Shown in pieces: positions 38,484-48,862 of a DNA stretch of 64,000 nt. The translations under genes were made by a program, and so were the position numbers. The stretch is from an uncultured virus (IMG/VR IMGVR_UViG_3300046692_000582) (taxonomy: Duplodnaviria > Heunggongvirae > Uroviricota > Caudoviricetes), in IMG/VR virus record IMGVR_UViG_3300046692_000582. One strand, 5' to 3'. Below the pieces are notes generated by a model. That model was given only the letters and a program-made list of their open reading frames with translations, was not told where the DNA came from and searched no databases. The number at the start of each line of letters is the position of its first letter. Position 1 is the first letter of the stretch.

Positions 38484-38484
38484 G

Positions 38485-39447
38485 TTACTGCTCGCTTTGA
38501 GGTGTTTGAGTGAGTTCGGTCAGATTCCTGGCCGTGGCTGTGGCCCAAATTCGACTGCGAATTTGATCCAGGGACTGTTCAAAGTACTCGTCTTCGGTGA
38601 TGTCGAGGAAATTAATGACCCCGGCAACCAACAATTTATCAGCATCAGCTCGATGCTGACCGTCTAGGCCTGTTCGACAAAATATGGACTCCATGTCTTT
38701 CAGCAGGTTGTGGAAGATTGGTCGTTTCATTTGTCCGCGACGCGACATCTTTGCAACAAAGCTGCGGTGGTGAATTTGCTCCATCGTTTCACCCTTGTTG
38801 ATTTCTTGCCAGCGCTTGCGTCCAATCTCCCAGATCAATCCTCGCAACTGGTCAACGGTCAGGTCTTTGTCGAGTTCTTGGCTGCCGATTACATAGCGCA
38901 ATCTGGTCATCAGGTCTTGCACTCGTTCGGTTGCAAAAGCTTCAGAGATTTCTTCAAAGGAGCACTCATTGAAGTCTGCCAGGGCTTTGCGTGTCACCAA
39001 GAGTTCAGGGTCAATGTCCCTTACGAGAACGTCGTGACCGTACAGCTCAAGGCAATCCAGCACGCCTTGATAGTCGGGTCTGCGTGTGTACTCGTCAATG
39101 ACCATGGTGCGTTCAAAGAACATGTCCATGGTTTCTTGAGCTTGAAACATTAGCTTGAGTTGAATGGAGCTGCCCGTGAGAACGTTGGCATAGAGCCAAT
39201 CATTCCATTGCAGATAAGGAACCGTGATGGGGTCGACATCCACATTTGCTGCTGGCTCGCATTCTTCGCCGTAGATGTTGGTGGCGGACTTAAAGTCGTG
39301 TTTGAGTTCAGGCTGCCCCATGGCATCCTTCAACGACAGTGCGGTTACATAATGCGTCTTTACGATCACAATGGGAATTCCATTGATGATGTCATCAATG
39401 TCAGGTCTGGCGGCGACCAGCTTGTAGGTTTTCAAATGAGGATTCAT
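38485..39447 (-). CDS. hypothetical protein
   Basis: 320-aa ORF. Confidence 0.8.
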   Translation of the reverse strand: MNPHLKTYKLVAARPDIDDIINGIPIVIVKTHYVTALSLKDAMGQPELKHDFKSATNIYGEECEPAANVDVDPITVPYLQWNDWLYANVLTGSSIQLKLMFQAQETMDMFFERTMVIDEYTRRPDYQGVLDCLELYGHDVLVRDIDPELLVTRKALADFNECSFEEISEAFATERVQDLMTRLRYVIGSQELDKDLTVDQLRGLIWEIGRKRWQEINKGETMEQIHHRSFVAKMSRRGQMKRPIFHNLLKDMESIFCRTGLDGQHRADADKLLVAGVINFLDITEDEYFEQSLDQIRSRIWATATARNLTELTQTPQSEQ

Positions 39448-39453
39448 TCAGGT

Positions 39454-39783
39454 TCAGGCCTTTTTTAGAGCGTATGCATAGGCTTGCCGGGCGGCGTTTC
39501 TTTTAACGAGGTCCGCCTTTGAAAATTCCTGGAGGGCTTCTGCCCAATGCGTGTCTGGGCGGAACGACAGACGGATTTCAACATGGTGTTCCGCAAAGAG
39601 CAGGAATCCAATCACAAATTGTGCTGACGTGCCGTACAGCGCCGACAGATCGTTGTCTTCAGCCGCTTTCAGCAGAATTGTCGCATGGTAGCCACGCCAC
39701 ATGCGTCGCTCATCCACGCACTCTCCCAGCAAGCTGGCTACGAGGTGGACGCGGGCGGAGGTGTCGCCAAGGATTTCGGTCAT
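39454..39783 (-). CDS. hypothetical protein
   Basis: AGGA RBS; operator 39882-39898 upstream. Confidence 0.7.
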   Translation of the reverse strand: MTEILGDTSARVHLVASLLGECVDERRMWRGYHATILLKAAEDNDLSALYGTSAQFVIGFLLFAEHHVEIRLSFRPDTHWAEALQEFSKADLVKRNAARQAYAYALKKA

Positions 39784-40045
39784 GCTCAGATCCTGCGTTA
39801 AATGCTGAGTGTACGCCGAACTTGCACACGGTAATCAGCACTTGGTTTAGTGGGATCACTGTAGCAAAAGCCCAACTGCAATGTCAATCATGCTGACAGT
39901 CTTTATCCTACTGTGATGGATGGTGTTAAATCAGCATTTCATTAATTACAAGGATGCACAGAAATTGTCTCAATGCTTTGGAATGAACTGGTTTTATTGA
40001 TTTTTTCGGCTTTCAGCGTTACATTATTTCCCAAATCAAAGAGAA

Positions 40046-41575
40046 ATGATCATGCGCGAACTCAAATACGTTTCCCTAAAGCGCAAAGGCCCTAAGGTGA
40101 GCATTTCCTTGCATCCGACAGTTCTGCTCAACAGTCGCTGCCTGATTTACTGGTATCTTGACTCCCTGATTAAAATGTATGATCGGCAGCGCTTTGGCAT
40201 AGTCTTTTCTCCAGATACGCAGGCTATCTACGATGAATATGCGTCTGAGGCCGTTCGTATCGAGGGTGCATTCACGGACGGACAGCGCCTCTTGTTCGAC
40301 GGGGTCATGAATCAAATCACCAGCCCGGCCAGCGGCGATCTTAATGGCAACTGGGAGTTGCTTGATCTTCTTCACTCGATTCTGTTGGTCGAACGATTTG
40401 AGGGCGACAAAGATCACAAGCTTCGATACACAGCCCGAAACGGTTATGACCAAAATCTGCGCATCCTGACGATGAAAGATGATTTGGTCGAGCTATACGG
40501 ACCTGAGGTGACGGCCAGTACCATCTCGGCGTTGCGGGCCGCTTATAAGCGAGATCAGAATAAAAACATTCATACCAATGGCCTGACTTATGTGGGTCAG
40601 CGCGTTAGTTCTCTGTACGGGCTTCCTACCCTCTCGCAGCTGAAGAACGCCTTTAATGATCAGCTTCAAAAGCATGATGAGGCTTGGATTAAAGATCACT
40701 TCAAAGAGATTGTGGCAATTATTCAGTTCTTTGAAGATGTTTCTCGCCAGGAAAAAATTTCCCTGCGCACCACACCAAAGGCGCCTGTTCAATTTCTGTT
40801 CCTGTCTGATCCGTTTTCTCGCAAACTTCCAGACAGCGCTTATTTGGAAGAATACGAAGCAGCCCAGGCCGCAGGTATCCCCTGCTCCCTGATTTCTTAC
40901 GAGAGCATTGATGAGGGTGGTGTCTTCAGGCCTTTCCCGGCCCTTGTGCCTGATTTGCCGGTGGTGTATCGCGGCTGGATGATGCCGGTCGAAAAGTACG
41001 AGCGTTTGTATCGACTGATTCGGGATGCCAAGGGCGCCCTTTTGACCGATCCTGGCAGATACGTTCAATGTCATCACTTGCCTGGGTGGTATCAGTCAGT
41101 TACGGACCTGACGCCTAAAACCCTGGCACTTAATGAGAGTGATGACTTTAAAGAGGCTCTGTCCGAAAAGCGTTGGGCTCAATATTTCGTCAAGGATTAT
41201 GTCAAGTCGCTGACGACTGCACGCGGCTCTGTCGCCAAAAATGCTGACGAGGTGCGAGAGATTGTCGATCTGATCAAACAATACCGTGACGAGATTGAGG
41301 GTGGCGTCTGCATTCGTGAGTTCGAGGAGTTTATCCCTGCCACCGAGGAGCGCTATTTCGTTTACCAAGGCCGTGCCTATGGCAAAGACGGCTTGGTGCC
41401 TGACATCGTTCTAGAGGTCGCCTGTCGCATTGCGGCGCCCTTCTATTCCGTAGACATCGTGATGAATGGCGCAGGAAAGCACCGGCTGGTCGAGCTGGGC
41501 GACGGTCAGGTGTCTGACACCAAGCAATGGCCAGTCAACGTCTTCATGAAAATCTTCGAAACTGCTGCCCCATAA
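40046..41575 (+). CDS. ATP-grasp (R2K-like) domain protein with unknown N-terminal domain
   Basis: VYRGWM, FVKDYVKS, GGVCIREF, EERYFV, FYSVD, LVELGDGQVSD. Confidence 0.8.
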   Translation: MIMRELKYVSLKRKGPKVSISLHPTVLLNSRCLIYWYLDSLIKMYDRQRFGIVFSPDTQAIYDEYASEAVRIEGAFTDGQRLLFDGVMNQITSPASGDLNGNWELLDLLHSILLVERFEGDKDHKLRYTARNGYDQNLRILTMKDDLVELYGPEVTASTISALRAAYKRDQNKNIHTNGLTYVGQRVSSLYGLPTLSQLKNAFNDQLQKHDEAWIKDHFKEIVAIIQFFEDVSRQEKISLRTTPKAPVQFLFLSDPFSRKLPDSAYLEEYEAAQAAGIPCSLISYESIDEGGVFRPFPALVPDLPVVYRGWMMPVEKYERLYRLIRDAKGALLTDPGRYVQCHHLPGWYQSVTDLTPKTLALNESDDFKEALSEKRWAQYFVKDYVKSLTTARGSVAKNADEVREIVDLIKQYRDEIEGGVCIREFEEFIPATEERYFVYQGRAYGKDGLVPDIVLEVACRIAAPFYSVDIVMNGAGKHRLVELGDGQVSDTKQWPVNVFMKIFETAAP

Positions 41576-41648
41576 ATCACGTCTTCTGACCACCAGATTT
41601 CATGGCAATTTCGGGTGCGCAATGGTCCTGATTCTGGGGCTTTTGCTT

Positions 41649-42539
41649 CTAGCTGGCGACTTCACACGCAGCGCAGATGAAGTCTTTCTTGATCTGCTCT
41701 GGAGCATTGCGAATCAGGTCTTGTGGTCCCTTCCAGGTGCCACTGCCTGAGGCTTCTGGATTTCTGGCAATGCTGAAGATCTGAAAAATCAGGGCAAGTT
41801 GCTCATTGCTCAGATCCACTTCATCATCACCGGCATGAATCAAGGTTTGATCCGGGGCCTGCAAAATGAAGATCGGCAGAAGGAACTCATCAGGAAATTC
41901 CTCGCTGGTCTGAGTGATTGCCTCTATGAACTTGCACGGCCCATTGTGCTTTTCCAGATCTGGATCTTCGGTGGTGTATCCCACAGTAATGCCTTTCGCT
42001 GCATCAGATGCTTTTTGGCAAATGGCTTTCCATTTTTTATCCATGGCAGCCTTGCGCTTGGCGTCACGTTCTAGCGTCTTTTCATAGCCGCCGTGCTCAA
42101 TCCAGTCGTTGAGGGTGACTGTGCACCAGTATCCGCCGATACCTGCCCATTTGATCTCGAACGCCAGCTCTTGAATTGAGCCTGGGTCATCGCTGTACTC
42201 TTCGTAAAAACCGGTTGCCTTCTCGTTGCTGACCGAGTGGATGGCGATTTCCCGGTCTTTTTCAGCAATGTTGTGAGCATGGCCGTCGCGCAGTGAGCTA
42301 AAGGGGGTTCCTTTGGCCACAATGATTTTCTCTCCGGCAGTCGGCAAGGTCACGCCAAATTTAACCAGATTGCCAATGGAGTGAATTGTCTCAATGCCGC
42401 GATGTTTCATCACGGAAATGGCCATTCTGAGGCTGCGCTCCAACAACCCGTCATCGCTACTCAATCCTGCCATCACCTTGGGCGAATTTTCATCAGTTAG
42501 TTCGGCGTGGCGCCTTTTAAGGTCGGATAGTTTGAGCAT
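41649..42539 (-). CDS. hypothetical protein
   Basis: GGAG RBS before MLKLSD; promoter/operator 42565-42604. Confidence 0.8.
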   Translation of the reverse strand: MLKLSDLKRRHAELTDENSPKVMAGLSSDDGLLERSLRMAISVMKHRGIETIHSIGNLVKFGVTLPTAGEKIIVAKGTPFSSLRDGHAHNIAEKDREIAIHSVSNEKATGFYEEYSDDPGSIQELAFEIKWAGIGGYWCTVTLNDWIEHGGYEKTLERDAKRKAAMDKKWKAICQKASDAAKGITVGYTTEDPDLEKHNGPCKFIEAITQTSEEFPDEFLLPIFILQAPDQTLIHAGDDEVDLSNEQLALIFQIFSIARNPEASGSGTWKGPQDLIRNAPEQIKKDFICAACEVAS

Positions 42540-42722
42540 AATCAACTCCATATTTGATGAGATGATGATAAGCAATCCAACCAATAATGTCAATGCAGAT
42601 GACATGTTAGCAATAAGCTCACAGATAATGTTCAATTAAACAGAGGGTGTTATCGTGACGGTACTCCAGCGCATAAGGAGGTGTTTTTCCTCCCTATGCG
42701 ACTGAAGCAGGGGTGACATGAG

Positions 42723-43157
42723 TTACAGGTAATACCACCAAGACGGCTTTCTGTCCCGAGGCAGTAGCAATTCATCCCAACTGTCGCGCTGCAATGCACG
42801 GCTGATGAGCTGTCGGTGGTTGCACCGAATGAATCGGCGCCATTGCCAAAGGTCATACGAACTGATCTGATAAGGGCTGTACTCTTTGCATCCACGCCGA
42901 TTCGCTCGTTTGTCACTGTGATGCCGGGCTTTGAACCAAGCGGTGTAGCGCTCGTAGGTCGGGTGACTCCCTGTGAACCGCATAAACCGTTTAGCATCGT
43001 GGTATTCGTAATATTCAAGCGGATTGAATGGATTTCCTGCGGCCACCCTCGCCTTCATCTGAATAAAATCTTCTTCAGTGTTGAAGTAGGGTTTGGCTTC
43101 CAACTTTTTGCGGCGGTATGTTCTTGACACATTTAGCTCCTGATTAAGGTTGCTCAA
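42723..43157 (-). CDS. basic hypothetical protein
   Basis: Arg/Tyr-rich ORF; start uncertain. Confidence 0.65.
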   Translation of the reverse strand: MSNLNQELNVSRTYRRKKLEAKPYFNTEEDFIQMKARVAAGNPFNPLEYYEYHDAKRFMRFTGSHPTYERYTAWFKARHHSDKRANRRGCKEYSPYQISSYDLWQWRRFIRCNHRQLISRALQRDSWDELLLPRDRKPSWWYYL

Positions 43158-43226
43158 TGTGGTGCAATGGCGGCGTAGTAATTGCGGTTCATAGCCTTAA
43201 CTCTCTGTAGAGAAATCTGTTGGCGG

Positions 43227-43949
43227 TTACTTGCTGTCAGTGATTCGGCGAATGGCCTTCCATGTTTCTCGGCCTCGCACTTTCAGAAGCTCGATCTCTT
43301 CAGGCCCAAAATGCGGCACCGGGCCGTTCAGCCAGTCCATAAAGGTTTTGCTCTTGTCACCCAGGAACACGGTGTGAGGCTGATAAGGCAGCACGCCCAG
43401 CAAGCGACGGTAGAGCGGTCGTGAGTGAGAAATGATGACAATCATCTTGAGCTGGTGATCTGGTTCGATCATCTGCTGCGCGATGTATTCGCCCAGGGCG
43501 CCTGCGTACTCCTCAGACAGACCGATGTCCGGCTCATCCAGCACCAGCACTGACGGCTTTTCATCGCCCTTGCAAGACCTCAGGCCCAGCAAGACAGCAC
43601 TTACGCTGTTGACCCCTGTACTGGAATCCGATTCATCACCAAACACCAGTGCCCGCCCAATGCCCGACGTCGTGCGATTGGTCATGGACACAACGCGCTT
43701 GCCGAAGCCGCATTTTTTGGCAGCGGTTTCAATCACCGATGCCATGATGGATTTGCCGCTAGCATTGAGGCCACCTATCAGCATGACCGGGATGTTGCCA
43801 TCGGCCATTTGGACATTACGCTGAAGTGGCGGATTGTCCTCTGACTCATCGTCAGCAAAGATCAGCATGTTCTGAAGGGAATTGCGAATCTGATCGTTGA
43901 GGGTCGGCAGGTCCAATTGGGCAATCTGTTCTTCAGTGCTGTCGGTCAT
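43227..43949 (-). CDS. stand-alone ABC-like P-loop ATPase
   Basis: Walker A GGLNASGKS, Walker B VLVLDEP, H-loop IISHS. Confidence 0.8.
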   Translation of the reverse strand: MTDSTEEQIAQLDLPTLNDQIRNSLQNMLIFADDESEDNPPLQRNVQMADGNIPVMLIGGLNASGKSIMASVIETAAKKCGFGKRVVSMTNRTTSGIGRALVFGDESDSSTGVNSVSAVLLGLRSCKGDEKPSVLVLDEPDIGLSEEYAGALGEYIAQQMIEPDHQLKMIVIISHSRPLYRRLLGVLPYQPHTVFLGDKSKTFMDWLNGPVPHFGPEEIELLKVRGRETWKAIRRITDSK

Positions 43950-44046
43950 AATCTTTATCCTGAAAATATTGTGTAACTGTAATTCAATCCTTAATATATG
44001 TCAATGCCAATGACGTCGCTCATTGGCATTGCTCTAAGAGGCTGAA

Positions 44047-44274
44047 TCAATCCTGGATATTAATTTTTTTCTTGATCGCCTTCATTTTCCTTAATGTCCC
44101 AACATCTATGGTGGTCTGATCCACTGCGAGTCCTGTTTTGAGAAGCAGGAAGGCAAGCGTCTTCTCATTCACATCAAGATAAAGAAGGGCGTCATCTCGA
44201 TTGAATACTTCGTCTTTCAGGTGCCCAAAAACATCGGCATGCGAGGCGTTATTGAAGTTTTTTTCTGTGTTCAT
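44047..44274 (-). CDS. small hypothetical protein, possibly excisionase-like HTH
   Basis: AAGGA RBS; FNRDDALLYLDV pattern. Confidence 0.55.
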   Translation of the reverse strand: MNTEKNFNNASHADVFGHLKDEVFNRDDALLYLDVNEKTLAFLLLKTGLAVDQTTIDVGTLRKMKAIKKKINIQD

Positions 44275-44412
44275 AATGTAATTCCTTTATTGAGTAATTA
44301 CATGTAACCCTCCGCAAACTTATTGTGTAGTTGATTTAATTTTCCCATTTTTTGGTAATGCCGTAAAGCGTGCGAGCGAACCAAATGGAGTTATTCATAG
44401 ATGGTTATCCAT

Positions 44413-44444
44413 AAAAAAGGCCTTCACATCGCTGTGAAGGCCTT
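44413..44444 (-). terminator. tmRNA terminator
   Basis: AAGGCCTTCACA..TGTGAAGGCCTT with poly-T on the minus strand. Confidence 0.85.
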
Positions 44445-44452
44445 GGTCATTT

Positions 44453-44841
44453 TGGTGGAGCCGGGGGGATTTGAACCCCCGTCCGTCAGTACTCCGCTGT
44501 CGGTACTACATGCGTAGCCAGATCTATTAAGTTAACCCGTGGCGACCCGATTGGCAGGGTGCGTTGGGCGAGTCGTGTAATGTTTAGCTGCGTCGTCCAC
44601 GACGTACTAGGCAGCGATCCTGTTCTATCTGACAATCAGTTCGGGTTTACAGGCATCCCCTAGTGACTGCTGGCACCGAAGTGACCAGAGGTGCATGTCA
44701 GCTGCAATTAAGCAGCGAGAGCAACACCGAAGGTTTCGTCATTGGCAACTATAAAAGTCGCAACAGTGGATTTACGAGTTCTGTTACCAACTCGGCATGC
44801 ACCTAAAGTTTCGTTACCAGCGTCGAATCCTAATCGGCCCC
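44453..44841 (-). ncRNA. ssrA: tmRNA; tag ANDETFGVALAA (44746-44708)
   Basis: 5' GGGGCCGATTAGGATTCGACG, 3' GGTTCAAATCCCCCCGGCTCCACCA; promoter TTGACA-17-TATTAT 44852-44880. Confidence 0.97.
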
Positions 44842-44928
44842 AGTGGATTTAATAATAGTCAAAGTGGCTGGCTTTGTCAACACAAGATTTGTTTTTTGTG
44901 TGTTTTTTTAATTATCGTTATATGTGAT

Positions 44929-45420
44929 TTAGCTGCCGGTAAGAATCCAGTAACCATACACACAGCGGTGCATCACTCGAATGCTGCCGTCCACTGCACT
45001 TGCCTCGGTTTCCCGAGAGGGGTCATGGGTATCGTGGATTACATTGTTGATCACGGCAACGGTGTGTTTGCTGAGTTTGAGGATCAGTCGCCCTGCGGGA
45101 ATCTCTCCTTGGACAAGGTGCGTGGTGCAGCCTTGGCCAACCTGCATGGTCGGCACCCAGGCAAAGCCCAGCGCGGTCATGTAGTCCTGGAACCACTTGC
45201 GTCGTGTGTTGACGCCATTGCGGGCGGTAGCGCCTTTGCTGCCGCGCTCTGAGCCGACGCCTTTGGCGATAGCCGCGTAAACGTCGGCATAGGGCAGTCC
45301 GGCTGCAATCGCCACGGATCGCGCTACACAGTCGCCTGCCTTTCCTCGAAAGCCTGCCGCCGCTCGCCCGCCGTCATCAAAAACAAAGGGCAGGCGTTGT
45401 TTTAGTTGGGCGGCGGACAT
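44929..45420 (-). CDS. hypothetical protein (GDCVARSVAIA motif)
   Basis: AGGA RBS; Cys/His/Asp pattern. Confidence 0.75.
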   Translation of the reverse strand: MSAAQLKQRLPFVFDDGGRAAAGFRGKAGDCVARSVAIAAGLPYADVYAAIAKGVGSERGSKGATARNGVNTRRKWFQDYMTALGFAWVPTMQVGQGCTTHLVQGEIPAGRLILKLSKHTVAVINNVIHDTHDPSRETEASAVDGSIRVMHRCVYGYWILTGS

Positions 45421-45482
45421 GGCAAAATCCTATTGGCCTGGGTGGCGCATTATGGACGCATTGCCTATAGCGTAGGCGAAGG

Positions 45483-46067
45483 TTACGACTGAACTTTAAA
45501 GCCGCGCTCAATGGCGTGTCGCGTGGCTTCTGCCTTGTTCAGCCATTCGTGCTTGCAGTCGGTAAAGGTCCAGCGCTCAAAGCCCAGTTTAATCAGCTGT
45601 ACCGTCTGGACAGGCCGCTCTTGATCGTCGGAGACGAGGGAAAATTTGGCCACCAGCTTGCCGTTATCGTTCACCACGGTGAAAAATCCGGCGACGGGCA
45701 AGGTCAGTACGCGCCCTTCAGTATTGCGGTAAACCACCACGGCGCGTTTTTCCGCCTCATCCCAGGCCTCGGTCATGGTTGTAACCAATTCGCCTTGGTA
45801 GTGGCGATACACGCCGCCTTCAAAGATCCGTTCGCCGATGGCATCCATGGCTTCTTTCCATTCGATGACCTTGGCAAACTTCACCGTCGCGCCGTGCGAT
45901 GGATACGTTTGAGTGCCTACGCGGAACACTTCCAGGTTTTCCCAGTTGTCCGGGTCACCAACGGCATGGAACCTGAAATTCATGAAGCTGCAAAAGCTGG
46001 CGAGCGTTTCGACACTCAGGCCTTCGCACGGAATGACAACGGGTTTGTTGCGTTGGCTGTCGTACAT
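45483..46067 (-). CDS. DUF1653-like domain protein
   Basis: GGVYRHYQG...VVVYR...LP...FF. Confidence 0.65.
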   Translation of the reverse strand: MYDSQRNKPVVIPCEGLSVETLASFCSFMNFRFHAVGDPDNWENLEVFRVGTQTYPSHGATVKFAKVIEWKEAMDAIGERIFEGGVYRHYQGELVTTMTEAWDEAEKRAVVVYRNTEGRVLTLPVAGFFTVVNDNGKLVAKFSLVSDDQERPVQTVQLIKLGFERWTFTDCKHEWLNKAEATRHAIERGFKVQS

Positions 46068-46078
46068 GGCAGTCTTCC

Positions 46079-46255
46079 TTAGCGCGCTTTTTCAGCGTTG
46101 CGAATGTTTCGCTCAATGCGACGAGCACGCTTTTCTTGAGCCTGGGTATCGCGCAGACGATGATGGCGCATGCTGTTTGGCGTTTCCCCTTCTGACTTCA
46201 GGTACTCTTGTCCTTTGGTTAGTGGCTCTGGCCATTCATCCTGATGCAACTTCAT
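46079..46255 (-). CDS. small hypothetical protein (MKLHQDEW..., 58 aa)
   Basis: GGGAG RBS, TAA at 46079. Confidence 0.5.
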   Translation of the reverse strand: MKLHQDEWPEPLTKGQEYLKSEGETPNSMRHHRLRDTQAQEKRARRIERNIRNAEKAR

Positions 46256-46365
46256 GCGCGCTCCCTATCTTGTTGTCCAAGGCCTGCATTGAGCATTGCC
46301 TTGATTAAGTCACAATAATACCGACAAAACGAGCTTTGTCAATATCACAAACCATTCTGCCTCTC

Positions 46366-48741
46366 TCAAAAAAGCTCGGGATGATCCTCTGGGCACTGAA
46401 CTCGCCACCCATGCTTTTTATAGGCGCTGCGCCGACTTTTCCACATGCTGTTGGTTTTTTTATGGCCAGTGTCCACGATGTCGATAATCCAAATGTCGTC
46501 TTGGCTATTGAGTGTCCTGTCAACTCGACCGGCATATTGCTTAACATCATCCTCATTACTAATGGGGGTGGCTATCACCAGTGTGTTCAGGGGATTGTGG
46601 CTGAATCCCTTGCCACCTTTTTTGCCCGTGGCGATTACGACCCGTGGCGTGTCATTGGGCAGCGCCAGCAAGGCGTTCATGGCATCCTGTGCGGCCTGCT
46701 TGTCTTTTTTCAGTGTGACGCCACCTCGTACCACCAGCAAATGCTCCACCTGCCCCTTGAGGGCTTGCTCCAGCAGGTCTATCTGCTTGATGCGGGCCGT
46801 CAGCACCAGTATTTTTCGACCTTGCGTGTAGGTATCTAAGATCGCCTGAATGATGAGCTGATTCCTGGCCTGATCTTCAATCAGGTAACTGATCAGTTCG
46901 GAGTTTTCGCACCGATCATCCAGTGCAATCAGGCTGTGGTGCCAATGCACCTTGACCAGCTTTTCATGCTCCCAGTTTTTTGGCTTATCACCCACAAAGC
47001 GAAGGGGTCCGCATTGCATGAAAATCTTGGGGTGGTGCCCATCCCTGCGTTTTTTGTTAGCGCTCAAGCCCACAATGTATTTGCCGGTGACGGTTTGCAT
47101 CAGGGCTTCGTAGGATTCTGCGCCTAGGCAGTCGCACTCATCAATGATCACCTGACCGTATCGGTTGATCAGGCCCACGTGCTTTTTGCTGTTGGCCAGG
47201 GATTGAATCAACACGACATCCACAATCCCTGTAGTTCTGTCTTTGTTGCCGCTAAGTGTGCCAACCACATCGCTTCCAACCCCCAAAAACCCTTGCAGCT
47301 CCCGTTGCCATTGTTCAACCAGCAGCGAGGTGTCAACCAACACAATCGTGTTGGTTGATCGTTCCGCAATGATGGCTGCGCTAATCACCGTTTTTCCGAA
47401 GGACGTGCCGCCCAGCAACATGCCATTGTCGTGTTCCATCAAGGCATCGAACGCGGGTTCCTGATAGTCACGCAACGCCCCCTTAAAGGCCACGTCGATC
47501 AAAAATCCACTGGAGCGCTGATCGTCTATCTCTGCGGATATATTGTTGAACTTGAGCAGTTCCAAGACGCCTGAAAGGCATCCGCGAGGCAGGATCAGTT
47601 GCGATTCCGTCAGTAAAGCGCTGCAAACCACTCGCGGGGTTCCCCAGGTGGAATAACCCGCATTCTGGTTTATGTAGAACTTCGGGTTGGCGAACGATGC
47701 AAGCCTGATCAGTCGGTTGAGCAATGAAGGTGGCAGCTTCTTCAAGTCAAAATGTAAGCCATCTAAAAGGCTGATGCTCAGTGATTTGGGCAACTCAACA
47801 CTCATCAGACGCACAGGGCGAATGGGGACTTGCTTACCCGTTGAGAGTACATTCACCTGTGGGTAGGCGACATCCAGGGGGTCGGTATCCCCCACCGCTT
47901 CAAAGATGATGTTCTTGACCCGGCTGCTTGGCAGGTATTCGACCGTTTTCAGGAAGGCCCATTGGTCTGGATACGGTTCAAAATGTTCGTCTACAAAGAC
48001 TGTGCAGCCCTTCTTTACCGAATTACCCTGCTCGGGCATCGAAATCAAATTGCCGTAATTGCCGGGTGGCAGGAAGTCCTGATTAGGTAGTATCCGATCA
48101 TACGACAGCAGCTTGATTCGCCCAGTGCGATTACACACATGGGTGATGATCGCCGTTGCCAATTGCCTTGCGAGTTGCGCAGGCACCCTCTCATCAAAGA
48201 ATATCCAGGCATGTGCACCATTGCCGGATCGTGATATTTCAAGGGAAACGGGAATCTTCAGTTCCTGGCAAGACAGGCAGAACTCTTGGGCATCTGCTCG
48301 CCAGTCCTCTTTATCAAAGTCTACCGCAACGAAGTAACAGCTGTGATCGAGCAAGATTGGATAAATGCCATAAATGGCGGCGCCCGTCAGGTGCATTTTC
48401 AGGCGTTCATCAGTCAAGCTGAGGTTGGTTTTGTCGATGTCGAGCGCGGGCTGATACCCATATTCTTTTTTGTTCGTGGTATTGGGGTTTCCAAAGAAAA
48501 CCGCGAAAGCATCAGAGCGGCCCCGGATAAGGCGTCTGTACAGGCTGACTTGCCAATCTTCGATGGGTGTAAGGCTAATATTGCGTTTGAAATTGGGAGT
48601 GTTTGCGTCCGGGGGAATTACCACGGGCATGTAATCAAGAGGACTGTGATCAATAGGGGCACACTCAGATTCCGGAGTGCTGCTGGGCTCCGGAAAAAGA
48701 TCTTCGATGAGGTGTTCTGGATCGACTTTTTTCTTGGTCAT
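46366..48741 (-). CDS. AEP primase-like domain (TOTE-type) fused to SF2 helicase
   Basis: AVDFD, SRSGNGAHAW, GNLI.MP.Q; Walker A FGKT, DECD, QYAGRVDR. Confidence 0.85.
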   Translation of the reverse strand: MTKKKVDPEHLIEDLFPEPSSTPESECAPIDHSPLDYMPVVIPPDANTPNFKRNISLTPIEDWQVSLYRRLIRGRSDAFAVFFGNPNTTNKKEYGYQPALDIDKTNLSLTDERLKMHLTGAAIYGIYPILLDHSCYFVAVDFDKEDWRADAQEFCLSCQELKIPVSLEISRSGNGAHAWIFFDERVPAQLARQLATAIITHVCNRTGRIKLLSYDRILPNQDFLPPGNYGNLISMPEQGNSVKKGCTVFVDEHFEPYPDQWAFLKTVEYLPSSRVKNIIFEAVGDTDPLDVAYPQVNVLSTGKQVPIRPVRLMSVELPKSLSISLLDGLHFDLKKLPPSLLNRLIRLASFANPKFYINQNAGYSTWGTPRVVCSALLTESQLILPRGCLSGVLELLKFNNISAEIDDQRSSGFLIDVAFKGALRDYQEPAFDALMEHDNGMLLGGTSFGKTVISAAIIAERSTNTIVLVDTSLLVEQWQRELQGFLGVGSDVVGTLSGNKDRTTGIVDVVLIQSLANSKKHVGLINRYGQVIIDECDCLGAESYEALMQTVTGKYIVGLSANKKRRDGHHPKIFMQCGPLRFVGDKPKNWEHEKLVKVHWHHSLIALDDRCENSELISYLIEDQARNQLIIQAILDTYTQGRKILVLTARIKQIDLLEQALKGQVEHLLVVRGGVTLKKDKQAAQDAMNALLALPNDTPRVVIATGKKGGKGFSHNPLNTLVIATPISNEDDVKQYAGRVDRTLNSQDDIWIIDIVDTGHKKTNSMWKSRRSAYKKHGWRVQCPEDHPELF

Positions 48742-48862
48742 TCTGCCTCATTCCAACCCGGCACCACCGATCAGGCATGTCGCCTCGGCGTAAAGCTGTC
48801 GAATCAGAATAGTCGCAGAATGTCAGGATGGCATTGCTTACAACCAATGAAGCGTTTTAGCG

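Noticed and set aside
44453..44490. tRNA gene or prophage att site
   Set aside because: It is the tRNA-like 3' end of the tmRNA; no duplicate 3' fragment or integrase seen in the window
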